Program-made: the position numbers and the translations under genes
Notes under the pieces: generated by a model
The model's database searches: none
The model's input: the letters and a program-made list of their open reading frames with translations, nothing else
Told to the model about the DNA's origin: nothing
Part shown: positions 10,501 to 19,900 of the stretch, in pieces
How positions within the stretch are numbered: position 1 is the stretch's first letter
Layout: the number at the start of each line of letters is the position of its first letter
Source: Prasinococcaceae sp. CCMP 1430
Taxonomy: Eukaryota; Plantae; Prasinodermophyta
Assembly: GCA_013416795.1 (NCBI GenBank)
Contig: RQSC01000869.1
Span: 25,184-89,183 of the forward strand
Length of the DNA stretch: 64,000 nucleotides
Direction: 5' to 3'

Positions 10501-11691
10501 AAGGTTGAGGGCCTCGCCGCAGACGTGCTCGACGCACTACTGCCAATGGCCGAAACTTGCGGTGCAGACCTGACCATCGCGGAGGCAGTCGAGGCACAGC
10601 TCGAGGCACGCGGTGAGGATGTCGACGAGGAAACGCGCAGGCTCCTCATGTCTTTCTACTCGGACGTCTACGTTGAGGACATGAGCCAGCTGGGCCTGAA
10701 AGAGATGGTGTCTGAGGGGTACTCGGGCCACCACGAGCTTATCATTAACGGCTACAAGCGCGTGGTGGAGCGCATCAGGGACATGGGGCGAGACGACAAG
10801 CCGCTGCGCGACCTGCGACTGGGAACGCGTGTGACTGGCGTGCGCATGGTCGACGGCGGGGGATGCGTCGTGAGCACGGACGCCGGCGAGGAAATCCAGT
10901 GCCACGCCGTGCTGTGCACGCTCTCGCTCGGCGTGCTGCAGTGCAGCGCGGGCACAGCACACGCTCGGAGCGTCGAGGCCGCATCGAAGGCGGCCGCCAA
11001 GGCACGCGGCGACACGTACGCGCCGCCCGCGCGCGTTCGGTTCGAGCCGCCGCTCCCGCCGTTCAAGTTGGGCGCGCTTGAGCGCCTGCGTATGGGCACC
11101 GAGAACCGCGTAGCGCTCCTGTTCCAAGAGTGCTTCTGGGGCGCCGAGCACTTCCTGCGACCCGTCGATGGCGCGTACTCGTTCTTCAACAACGACGCGC
11201 TCGGCCTCCGCGGCGTCATCTCGGCTTGGATCCGCCCGCAGGCGGTGCAGAGGCTCGAAGCGATGACCGACGAGGAGGCGCGCGACGATGTGCTGGCTGC
11301 TCTGCGCGAGATGTTCCCGGACGCCGCCGGCATCGAGCCGCTCGACTACGTGGTAACTCGCTGGGCATCGGACCCGTTCGCCATGGGCGCGTACTCGTGC
11401 GTGCCTGTGGGTGCCAGCCGCGCGGACTACGACCGCCTAGCGATGCCCCTCACCGGCGACCCCGAGACGGACGCCGAGACAGGCACACAATTGCGGGGCA
11501 GCGCCTCCCGCGTGGCGCAGCGCCTCTATTTCGCGGGGGAGGCAACCTTCAAGGAGGACTCGTACACTGTGCACGGCGCGTACGCGTCGGGGATCCGCGA
11601 GGCGAAGAATATTGCTGCGTGGTGGCACGAAAACCATCTCGAGGCGCTGCAGTGGGAGGTGGCTGGCAGCGCGGGCTTGAAGGGCGGCTAG
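7585..11691 (+). CDS. Tudor + AP2 + flavin-dependent amine oxidase (LSD1/LDL/PAO family) multidomain protein
   Basis: Tudor LVGRRVRVYF...WYGGTIDE...YRVRFDDCEHE (~7783-7950). AP2-like WIGV...FGTVEEAATFFDKVILVAYGPEEANLNYPLSNY (~9120-9375). FAD motif VVVIGAGVSGLYAA...LEGRDRIGGR, plus DLGASFICG, VTRWASDPFAMGAYS and LYFAGEAT...TVHGAYASGIREA. The start is uncertain; the ORF is open from 7174. Confidence 0.85.
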   Translation: MAALADVDQFQPHARVTAKKGKGKAVQSTHGQENRAPAAQPRATVRGWQKGDPQEQGLERLAASGALVGRRVRVYFDVAKIWYGGTIDEHVPNHENGAGWYRVRFDDCEHEYIGLPDRTVRVLRPGEEEPPKRRKVAPPGGPTKDPHYIVPPFNQLPTREPTDVEIQQYGSKGQRAQLWERLAREGKDPPKVARPAAQPKKAAHRAKALKPPPAKAVKAKALATKAPAKRKREEPASQPTRRTQPRTAKTEAFIAMEQAVRALNDCGPMDEMPTPADSKAETHGESEAETDGELDGPEAVKTIKRLRATSASKGKGDKPKPKGKAKASTKAARSNAKADAMTVAAVAAALMEEYPPCGAGHARGAQAVFRTNGRVCGKFDDAGTTPVPCSVGEWIADPDCHWPMTMLYKYASAGYDLRHMEDRVLPKTPAPAATAATAPTEVTTEVATPAAADAEAMAAASAAPLEMAAPHAAATEAATGCAEPSAGEEGKSAEEPSTKTTFVEESFVAVPGWIGVTGRTRRRCNTTNGKVQEARARWHVGYSDSFAVVLWDGPRAMHISVNGFGTVEEAATFFDKVILVAYGPEEANLNYPLSNYADFMRERGFGAKDGGVHSTTFVIMACRLLEQMQFLASCDALDARSSEIDKWRDKLRVLASSLQTSESTATFGQALLFIGEHLTPSASVEGWEAVSAAWREDLRSLIKATRAGEQVPFMPVVKNLDKLVVAEMGKELAAAGTQPAKAKRWMWTLFEDRYRIPAIKKYGTTFAALMQALVEGGICMPACLALEKVGEPGARALAAKHAYLRLSFYARLGATEEEKKHLRLLRDSANRRVKAYEDRRGSSEAGQLQRRCTRHELPPGLRVVVIGAGVSGLYAATRLEREGAQVVVLEGRDRIGGRMNTHTLSGVLAGGDAVASTVDLGASFICGTDPRPPVNPIFSLIKEEGIRSMAKHRDGAAWFDGGGVRIPRGTSDKVEGLAADVLDALLPMAETCGADLTIAEAVEAQLEARGEDVDEETRRLLMSFYSDVYVEDMSQLGLKEMVSEGYSGHHELIINGYKRVVERIRDMGRDDKPLRDLRLGTRVTGVRMVDGGGCVVSTDAGEEIQCHAVLCTLSLGVLQCSAGTAHARSVEAASKAAAKARGDTYAPPARVRFEPPLPPFKLGALERLRMGTENRVALLFQECFWGAEHFLRPVDGAYSFFNNDALGLRGVISAWIRPQAVQRLEAMTDEEARDDVLAALREMFPDAAGIEPLDYVVTRWASDPFAMGAYSCVPVGASRADYDRLAMPLTGDPETDAETGTQLRGSASRVAQRLYFAGEATFKEDSYTVHGAYASGIREAKNIAAWWHENHLEALQWEVAGSAGLKGG

Positions 11692-11878
11692 GGGCCTGGC
11701 GCGTCCGCGTCCCAGGGCGTCGGCAAACCCTTCGGAGGAGAGGGGCCGAGCGAAAGGGGGGACACAACCATTGCGGAGGGCTATTGCGCCCTTTTGAGGA
11801 GCGTGGCGAAAGCCTTCTCACCCCCGCCCTATTGAGTGTACTAAAATACAAACATGTGTATACATTGCCCCCTCATCA

Positions 11879-13340
11879 TCACTGCGCTAAGCGGCAGGCA
11901 GCGACGTCCAGGCTGCCGTCTTCGCACAATTTGCAACCCTGCCCTTCGAGCCAGGCGCGTGCCTCCTCGCGCAGCCGCGCAGCGCGGTCGCCCTCGCCCT
12001 CATCTGCGCGCTCGCCGGCACCAGCGTCCGTTTGCTCAAAGCCCAACCAGCGCACAAGCATGTCCGGCGGCAGCGGAGTCCTATATGCAGCGAGCATCGC
12101 TGAGAGCGCCCGTCGGCGCACCTGCGACAACGCGCATCAGTTCAGTCAGTTGTGCCGTTTTTCGGGGGATGGCGGGTGGGTGGGTGGGGGTGAGAATGAA
12201 GGGCGCAGGGCGTGAGCGCAGGATCGCGTGCGCGCAGGGGTGCACGCCCACGCACCTTGTTGATTGCAGTGTCGAGCACATAGGGCGTCATGCGCGGCGC
12301 CCCCTCGAATGCGTGGAAGAATCCCAGCCAGTCCGAGCGCGCGAGCGCTGCGGCCGCTTGCAGCGCGTGGCGAACGGCTTTGGAGCGCGCCACCTTTGGC
12401 GGCAGCGCCGCGGCCTCGCGCATGGCCTCGGCGAAGCCCGCACCAGCGCCAGTGCCCTCGCTCGTGCTGCTATCCCACGCCGAGCACGCCGCGAAGAGCA
12501 CGCGGTAGGCCGCGAACTCGGCCTTGGCACCCATACGCCCTTGCACGCCCTCGGCATGCAGTGCCTTGGCCAGACTCGCGCACTGATGGTACTCGGCTGG
12601 GTCTCGTGCCTCGAGCGCCACGCGTGCATGAGTTTCGTACACGTCGGCAGTGAATTCGTCGCGGACATGTTGCACGGTAAGGTCCTGCCGAATCGACTTG
12701 AGCGCCTCACACGTGGCGAGGTAATCGGCTTCGCCGTCCTGCCAGCGTCGCTTTGCGAGCGCAAACGCCTCTCGCAGGACGGCGGGCGGCCGCACGGCGG
12801 CTGCGTCGGGCGCGGCCGTCAAGCGCAGGTAGCGCTTGTCGAGCGAATTCGAGGTGCCCACCACAGGCGACGCGGTCGAAGCATCAGCCTTCCGCTGCTC
12901 CCCCGCACGCAGCATCGCCGCGAGCGACACGCTGCCCGCCGCCGCCGGCGACGCAGACAGCGCGGCGTCGCCAAAGCGGGAGCGACGGTCGGCAAGCGCG
13001 GCTGGCGAGCGGTCGAGGCCGCACGCCGGCGAGCGCACGGGCGACGCGGCAGCCGACGCGAGTCTCGCACTGTTGGCAAAGGTCAGCAGCGAGGGCTCCG
13101 CGCGCGTCTGCTGCTCCTGTTGCCGCCGCTGCCTCTCCTTGGCAGCGGCGGCCGCCGCCTCAGCGGCTTCGCGCTCGGCCTTGCGCCGCCGCTCAGCCGC
13201 GCGCACCGCCTTCCGCAGCGCGTCGGCACCGTCCCCGCTCAGGCGCACGCCATCACCCCTGCCCTCGCCGCGCAGCCTCTTGGCCTTCCTAGGCGCCTCG
13301 GCGCCGCCCCCGGCGCGCTCACCTCCAAGCTGCACATTGT
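11879..13340 (-). CDS. SAC3/GANP/THP3 (LENG8-like) mRNA export/PCI protein; 5' end runs into poly-G tract
   Basis: VVGTSNSLDKRYLRLTAAPDAAAVRPP, LKSIRQDLTVQHVRDEFTADVYETHARVALE and EFAAYRVL. Intron 12122-12255 (GT...CAG); last exon VRRRALSAMLAAYR. Confidence 0.88.
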
Positions 13341-13344
13341 GCCA

Positions 13345-13387
<43 letters not shown>
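13345..13387 (+). repeat. Poly-G homopolymer (43 nt)
   Basis: Uninterrupted G run. Confidence 0.95.
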
Positions 13388-13389
13388 CG

Positions 13390-14636
13390 ATGTCGACGCC
13401 GGCGGAGACGGCGGAGGCCGCGGAGGCGGCGGAGGTTGCCGCGCCCGACGAGCTGCGCGAGCAGCTCGCCGAGCACCGCGCCTCCCTCGCCGAGCTCGAG
13501 GCGCTGCTCGCCGCCGATCCGGACGACGCCGAGGCGCGCGCAGCCGCCGACGACACCAGAGAGGTCATCGCGCTCACCGGTGAGGGCTCGCGCGGCGCCG
13601 CGGCGCGGCGCGGCGCAGGGGAGGACGGGTTGGGGCAGTTGTGGAGGCGCCCGGTGCGCGCGTGCCTGCGCATCAGTCGCTGTTGTGTGCGGGTGGTTGG
13701 TTAGCATGCTGCGTGGTGCGGTGCGTCTCTGCCCGTGGAACGTGGCCACAGGCGAGGGCGCTCGCTCGTGCGAGCGCATGTTCTCTGCGAGCCAGCTGAC
13801 ACGGCGCCCGCTCGCCCGTGCGCGCATGACCTGCAGAGGAACTTCTCGCCGAGGCAGAGGCTGCGCAGGCTGGTGGAAGCGCCGTCAATGTTGGCAGCGT
13901 CCTTGAGCCGCCGGTCGACCATGCAGCTGCCGCGGAGCAGCCCGAGTCTCTCAAACGCAAGAGTCGCTGGGGAGATTTGCCGGCGCACGCGCAACAGGCG
14001 TTGGCGGCGGCGCAGGCGAGGGTGGAGGTAGTACAGCAGCAAGAAGTACAGCAGCAGCAGCAAGAAAGCGCGGCGCCGCTGCCGCTTCCAGCTCTCGTGG
14101 GCACAGGGTTCGCAGTTGGCAGCAAGGTCGAGGCGCGTTTCAGCGACGGCAAGTGGTACGAGGCGACGGTTGTGTCGGCTGCTGACGGCGGCGGTGCGGT
14201 GGTTCGCTTCAAAGGTTACGACGGTGTTGAGAGCGTCGGTGCAGAGGATGTGCGTGTGCCCTCACAGCATCCCCGCCCCGCGATCGTCGACGGCTTGGCC
14301 CCCGAGGAGATTGTGAAGCTCGAGATGCCCAAAAAGCTGCTCGTCAAGGAGACCGACGACGAGGCCACTCGAAAGAAGAAAAAGAAGGGCGCGAAGGCGT
14401 TCAAGAGCGCCCAGCGCTTCGCCAGGTACGATGTTGAGCAGAACGAGCGCACGAACAGCTGGAAGAACTTCCAGGCGGGCAGCAAGAAGAAGAAGAAGGC
14501 CGGCTTCTTTAGCGGTGGTGCACCAAAGGAGTCAATGTTCAAGTCGAGCGAGCACGGCAAGGTGGGCGTGATCGCGCATGGCTTCACAGAGGGGACGAAG
14601 GCAACCAAACACGCCAAGGGAAAGGGGCCCCTGTAG
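13390..14636 (+). CDS. SMNDC1: Survival-of-motor-neuron-related splicing factor 30 (SPF30/SMNDC1)
   Basis: Exon 13390-13579 (ELREQLAEHRASLAELEALLAADPDD), intron 13580-13836, exon 13837-14636 in frame. Tudor FAVGSKVEARFSDGKWYEATV; C-terminal RTNSWKNF...KESMFKSSEHGKVGV. Confidence 0.88.
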
Positions 14637-14664
14637 CTGAAGTAATAGTACAGTGTATTGTATG

Positions 14665-15633
14665 TCACAAAAATGAGGCGCCCGGTGGCGCTGCCTCCAC
14701 ATCGGCGGAGGTCATCGTCATCCCTTTGGCGCGCACCGGAGTGGCCTTGCGCCCGCACTCCTTGTCGTCTGGTTGCAGCCCCGCGTGCGCAAGCGAGTGC
14801 GCTCGAATTTCCAGGGTGCCGATGAGCCAGTCGACGCCTATCAGCGCCGCAAAGAGAAGCTCTGTGACCGGAGCCCACCACATGCGGCCAGTGTCCCTGC
14901 CGTACACCGCCAGAACGGCCGCATACGCCACCACAGAGGTGGCGCCCATCCCCACATTCGCTCGTACAAGCATGGCTCGGCGCGACTGCGCGAGCGCGAG
15001 CCATGCCGCGAAGGGCGATGGGGACGCCAGTGCGGCGCGGATGTCATTGCCTGCGAGCGCGACGCGTGCTGTGCGCACGACTCGCACACGCGCGAGCACT
15101 CGGCCCAGGTGTCCGCAGAAGAACACCAAGGCGCCAAGCGAGTGCAGCTCGTACTGAACGTCCAGCGGCACCGCCGCCGCAACCAGAAAGCCGACCGTTG
15201 CGAGCACTGCGCAAGCCCTAAGCGTTCGCACCCATCGCCGCAGCCTTGCGCTCTTCTCGAGCGCCACGTCTGGCACCCCATCGCCGGAACGCAAGAGCAC
15301 CCACTCGTCATGCGAGACCATCGCCGCGAAGGCGATCGCCCCAGGAACGAGACCAGCTACGAATACTTCGCGCTCGGGGCTCATCACTCCAGTGGCGGAG
15401 ATCGTTGGCATGCCGCCACTAGGCACGTCGCACTCGCTAGCCTCTCGATACACCTCACATGCTGCTCGCGCCGTGTGGCCGTGCGCGAAGAAGAGCGCAT
15501 GCGTCGCCGCTATAACGAGCACGACGAACACGAGGCTCGCCGCGTGTAGCCGCCACACGAAGCGTGGCGCGTCGCTCCACGCGGGCAGCGCGGCGCAGGT
15601 GGCGGCCGCGCACCCGCGAGCGGCCGCCGCCAT
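14665..15633 (-). CDS. Frag1/DRAM/Sfk1 (TMEM150-like) multi-pass membrane protein
   Basis: About six hydrophobic segments; MPTISATGVMSPEREVF and LHSLGALVFF motifs; ATG at 15633. Confidence 0.7.
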   Translation of the reverse strand: MAAAARGCAAATCAALPAWSDAPRFVWRLHAASLVFVVLVIAATHALFFAHGHTARAACEVYREASECDVPSGGMPTISATGVMSPEREVFVAGLVPGAIAFAAMVSHDEWVLLRSGDGVPDVALEKSARLRRWVRTLRACAVLATVGFLVAAAVPLDVQYELHSLGALVFFCGHLGRVLARVRVVRTARVALAGNDIRAALASPSPFAAWLALAQSRRAMLVRANVGMGATSVVAYAAVLAVYGRDTGRMWWAPVTELLFAALIGVDWLIGTLEIRAHSLAHAGLQPDDKECGRKATPVRAKGMTMTSADVEAAPPGASFL

Positions 15634-16007
15634 CCCCGCCCGCGTCCCCACCCGGGCACCGAGCGCCGTGCCCCGCGTGTGGCACCAGCACCCATGCCGT
15701 ACCCCGCCTGCACCGCTCGGTGCGCGTGGCGGCCGTCCGCTGGGGAACTGCGCGTCAACACGGACGCAGTTCCTCGAGATGCGTTTCATATAGGGCTCGT
15801 GTGGCTGGGGAGGATAAAGAGAGAGCGAGGGCAGGTGGGAGTGGGGGTGGGGTGGGGTGGGGGCAGTAGGGTGGTAGAGGTGGCGGCGGTGCCACTTTGC
15901 GCGCGGGCGCATCAGTTCGCGTCGAGGGAGCGCGGCGCCGCGGCTGCGACCGCAACCAGCAGCGACCGCTCGCGGGCGGTGCGCGGGGCGGCGGCGGCCG
16001 CGGCGCG

Positions 16008-16670
16008 ATGCCGACGTGCACGCTGGTGACGACGGCGCAGCCGAATCCGGCACGCGCCAAGGCGGTGCTCGAGCACGGCCTGACGAGCGTGCTGTCCGAG
16101 GGGGCGAGCGTGCCGCGCGAGTACGTGCACATCCATGCGGTATTCGGCGCGCAAGGGACCTTCGGCGCGGTCTCCGACACGCCGGTGCGCACGCGCGGCG
16201 CGGTGCTGACGGGGCGCGGCGCGGTGCGGCGCGCCGCAGTGTTTGGCGGCGGCGGGCACTTTTGTGCCTGCCACTGCCGCCACCGGAGGCGCTGCGGGAT
16301 GGAACATTGCATGTGCCTAGAGACTCGTACCAGCACGCATTGTTCGCACTTTCGCGACCCCTGACTCGTCCGACCATGCGCCCACGCGTACCTTGTCCGC
16401 GCGCGCACCCTCGCGGCGCCCTCGCCACCGCTTTGCGTGGCGCATGTCCGCGCTGCCCCTGGCTGCGCCACTCGCGAACAGTGGGCGCAACTGCGCATCG
16501 CTGTGATCAAGGGCCAACTCTCGCCCGAGAAGAAGGCAGCCGTCGCCGAGGGCGTGACGAAGGCGTGCGCCGTGCTGGAGGTCGAGGCTGACCGCGTGCA
16601 GGTGGTCTATGAGGAGCTCGATAGGGGCAACATCGCCATCGGCGGCAAAACCCTCACCGAAAACATCTGA
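16008..16670 (+). CDS. Macrophage migration inhibitory factor / D-dopachrome tautomerase family protein
   Basis: N-terminal Met-Pro (catalytic Pro1). Exon 16008-16184, intron 16185-16481, exon 16482-16670 (VEADRVQVVYEELDRGNIAIGGKT); about 121 aa. TGTAA at 16739. Confidence 0.8.
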
Positions 16671-16905
16671 CCGCGCCCGGGGGCAGCCGCGCGAGGACGC
16701 GGGGGACAGAGGCATCTGCTCTGTGTGGTGCCCAGTCTTGTAAGTAACCGCGGCGGGGCCGCACTACCTAGAGGCGACGCGAACTGCAATGATAAATGGA
16801 TGCTGGGCAGCTCTTAAATGCGCAAGCCGCCCCCCGGAGCGGTGGGTGACACCCACGAGGTGCGCGCGTCTGCGGGCGTGAGAGCGTTTCGGACAAGCGG
16901 TCACC

Positions 16906-19900
16906 TCACGACGTCTTGTCGGCCTCCGAGGCCTCGATGGCCTGGAGCTTCTCCCCCCTCGCGAGCGCCTGCAGGTCTTCGCAGAGCTTCGATTGCAACG
17001 GCACCATGCCGAACTCGTGCTCGGTGGAGAAGTGCTCCTGCAGCTGCTCCCACACGAACCACGCGCAGGTCTTCAGGTCCTTGAGGCCGAAGTGCGGGTA
17101 ACTGTCCTTCGGGCGCAGCAGTTGGTCGAGCGAGCTCTTGAGCGACGCGTTCGGATGAAACTCGAGGCGCTCGATGATGCGCGCGGTGAGCAGCAGCATG
17201 GCGTTGGGCGCTACCATGTGCTCCTCATACGCCTCCGCGCATTCTAAGAGCTTTAGGTAGCTGCCGGTGGCGGTCTGCAGCCAGATGACAGGAGGGGCCT
17301 TCTCGTCGCCGTAGTCCAGCGCCCAATCGGTCACAGTGAGCTGGATGTCCATCACACCATCGGGGCCGGGCTTGTAGTGCGGCGTCTGCTTCTTGCCTGC
17401 AGGGATGACCAGCTGCCCATGGATGGTGAGCTTGGTCCCAGGAGCCGTCTCGAAGACGTCGGGACCACGCTCCTTGCCCTCCTTGTCGCGCATGACGAAG
17501 TGGCGGATGAGGTAGTGCGCCGCGGCGCTATCCGAGTCCTCGTCGTCACCCAGCGCTAGCTGGAAGCGCTCGGGCACTGACGTCTCCCGCGCGAACTTCG
17601 CCTCACCCTCGCCGTCGTCGCTGTCGCTTTCCGCCTGGCGCGCCTTGCTGCCCTTGCCCTTCTTGCTCGGGGTCGGCTGCATGGCGTGCTCGATGCGCAG
17701 GCGGTGCACGTATCCGCGCGACACGCTGTTGAGCAGTGGGGCAGCACGATCCGAGAGCACCCAGGCGTGGTACGCCACCGCATTGAGGGTCTTGGAGGAG
17801 GCGACGTCCGCACGCCACTGCGCCTGGTCCTCGGGAAAATCCCACACCGGCGCGACCTCCTCGGCCGCCTTCGAGCCCCTGCCGCGTTGCGGCCGGCCGC
17901 TCCTCGACGCGTCATCCAGGGCGCAAGCCTTTCGCAGCACGTGGTCGTCGCCATTGTGGAGCGCGCGCCACCACACGCGCACCTCCACGTCGGTCTCCTC
18001 CTCGATCTCAAGCTCGTCCTCGGACTCCTCGCCGTCGTCCTGGTCGCCCTCCTCGGACGGCCCGCCCTCACCGCCCTCGCCGTCGCCCGCTCCCTTGGCG
18101 TCCTCATCCATCGGGACGGGCTCGGGGTCTTTGCCGTCGTTTTCGACCTCCATGATCAGCATCTCCGCCGACAGCAGCGACTCCTTGAGCTGCTTGAGCG
18201 TGCTCGCCGCTTTCGTGCTCTGACGCAAGCTCTGCGTCGCATCGGCGGCCTCCAGCATGCCATCGATGACCTGCACAGTCGCGCGTACGCACGCGGAGTC
18301 CTTGTCGCTGCCGCGCGAGCCGCCGACGGCCGCGCCCGCGCGCCTCGCGTAGGGCGACCGCCCAGGCGAGAACGCCCCTGCCGCCGATCCACCAGCCGCC
18401 TTGAGGGGTGTGCCGGCCGGGGCGCCGTTGGCAGAGGCAGGCTCGTCCGCGCGGCGCAGGTACGTCTTCAGACGGCCGTGCACACGCTGCAGCTCCTCCT
18501 TGAGCGCGCGCTCCTGCACGCCGCGGTGGTCCAAGTACTTGATGAGCTTGTCGACCTCCGCGATGGAGGTGTACCTGCCCCACTTGCCCTCGGCGCTCTC
18601 GACGAAGATGCACGACCTGTCAGATGCGAGCCACCAGTAGCGGTTTGAGTTGCGATCCATGCCCAGCGGGTCGGAGCGCACAGCGACAGCCTGCATCTTC
18701 CTCTCGACCTCAGCAGCCTCGCGATTCCTCTCGGCGGCGGCGAAAGCGCGCTCGCGCGCCGCGCCAGCAGCCCGTTCTTCCGCCTCGCGCTCCTTGCGCT
18801 CTTGCTCCTCTCTCGCGCGCTTGCTCTCCATTGCCTCGCGCTGCGACTCGAGCCTCTCCTTCTCGCGCTGCCGCCTGTGCCACTCGGTGCGCCGGCGCGA
18901 CAAGTCCGCCTCCATGTCGCTGACTTTCTTCCTGTGGGCGAGTAAAGCCTTGCGATCACCCGGGTCACCGCGGAAGATACGCACCTCCTCATCGAGTTCG
19001 TCCGGGGGGCACTCCTCTTCCTCCTCCTCCTCCTCCTCTTCCTCCTCTTCATAGTCGCCGTCCTCCTCCTCCTCCTCGTCCTCCTCCTCGGCCGCCTTGG
19101 CGGCCTCCCTGGCGGCCTTCTTCTCCTCATCTTCCTGTTTCTTCTGCTTCGCCTTCTCGCGCACGTTGTGCCACTGCTCAGCAGAGATCGCGTGCGCAGC
19201 GTCAATGCGCTCCTGGATCGCGTGCCTCAAGGAGGCCGTGCCCACGCAGTCGTCAAAGAGGGCCTGGAGCAGCGCCACGTGGCGCTCGGCGCTCAGAGAG
19301 TGCCACGCAGACTTGCCGAGGGCCTCAGCGGACGCGAACGCGTTGACGGCGCCGCGCACCGCCGCAGCCTCCCGATGGATGCGCGACGTCGGGCCAGCGA
19401 GCACGAATCGGCGCGCGAGCTCAGGCCAGGTGTGCTTGTTCAGCACACGCTTCCAGCGAGGGGGCGCCTCCAGCACGCCATCCATCCCCGCGAACTCGCC
19501 GTCCCCCAGCAGAAGGGCGAGGATGCCCTCGTATAAGTGCGGCACGATCGACGAGCCCTCCGGGCTCGCGAGAGCCTCCTGCAGCACCAACAGCTCGGGC
19601 TTCTCAGGCAGCGTTGGACAGGACTCGCCGAAGAACTCGAGGAACTCCCAGAGAGCCATCGAGCTGGGCAGCGTCTCGCCCGTGGTGTCCTTCGCGGGCT
19701 TGGGCCACGCTGGCTCCCTGGGCGGTTTCTCACCGCGAGCGATGATAGCCTCGCGCTCGGCCTTTCGCTCCTCTTCGAGCTGGGCCTCGCCGATCGGGTA
19801 GCGCTTCGCGGCCTCGCGCGCTGCCGCCTCGGCCGCCTTGCGCTCCTCGAGGGCCTTCTTCTCCGCCTCGCGCTTCTCGGCCCTGAGCTGCTTCTCGACC

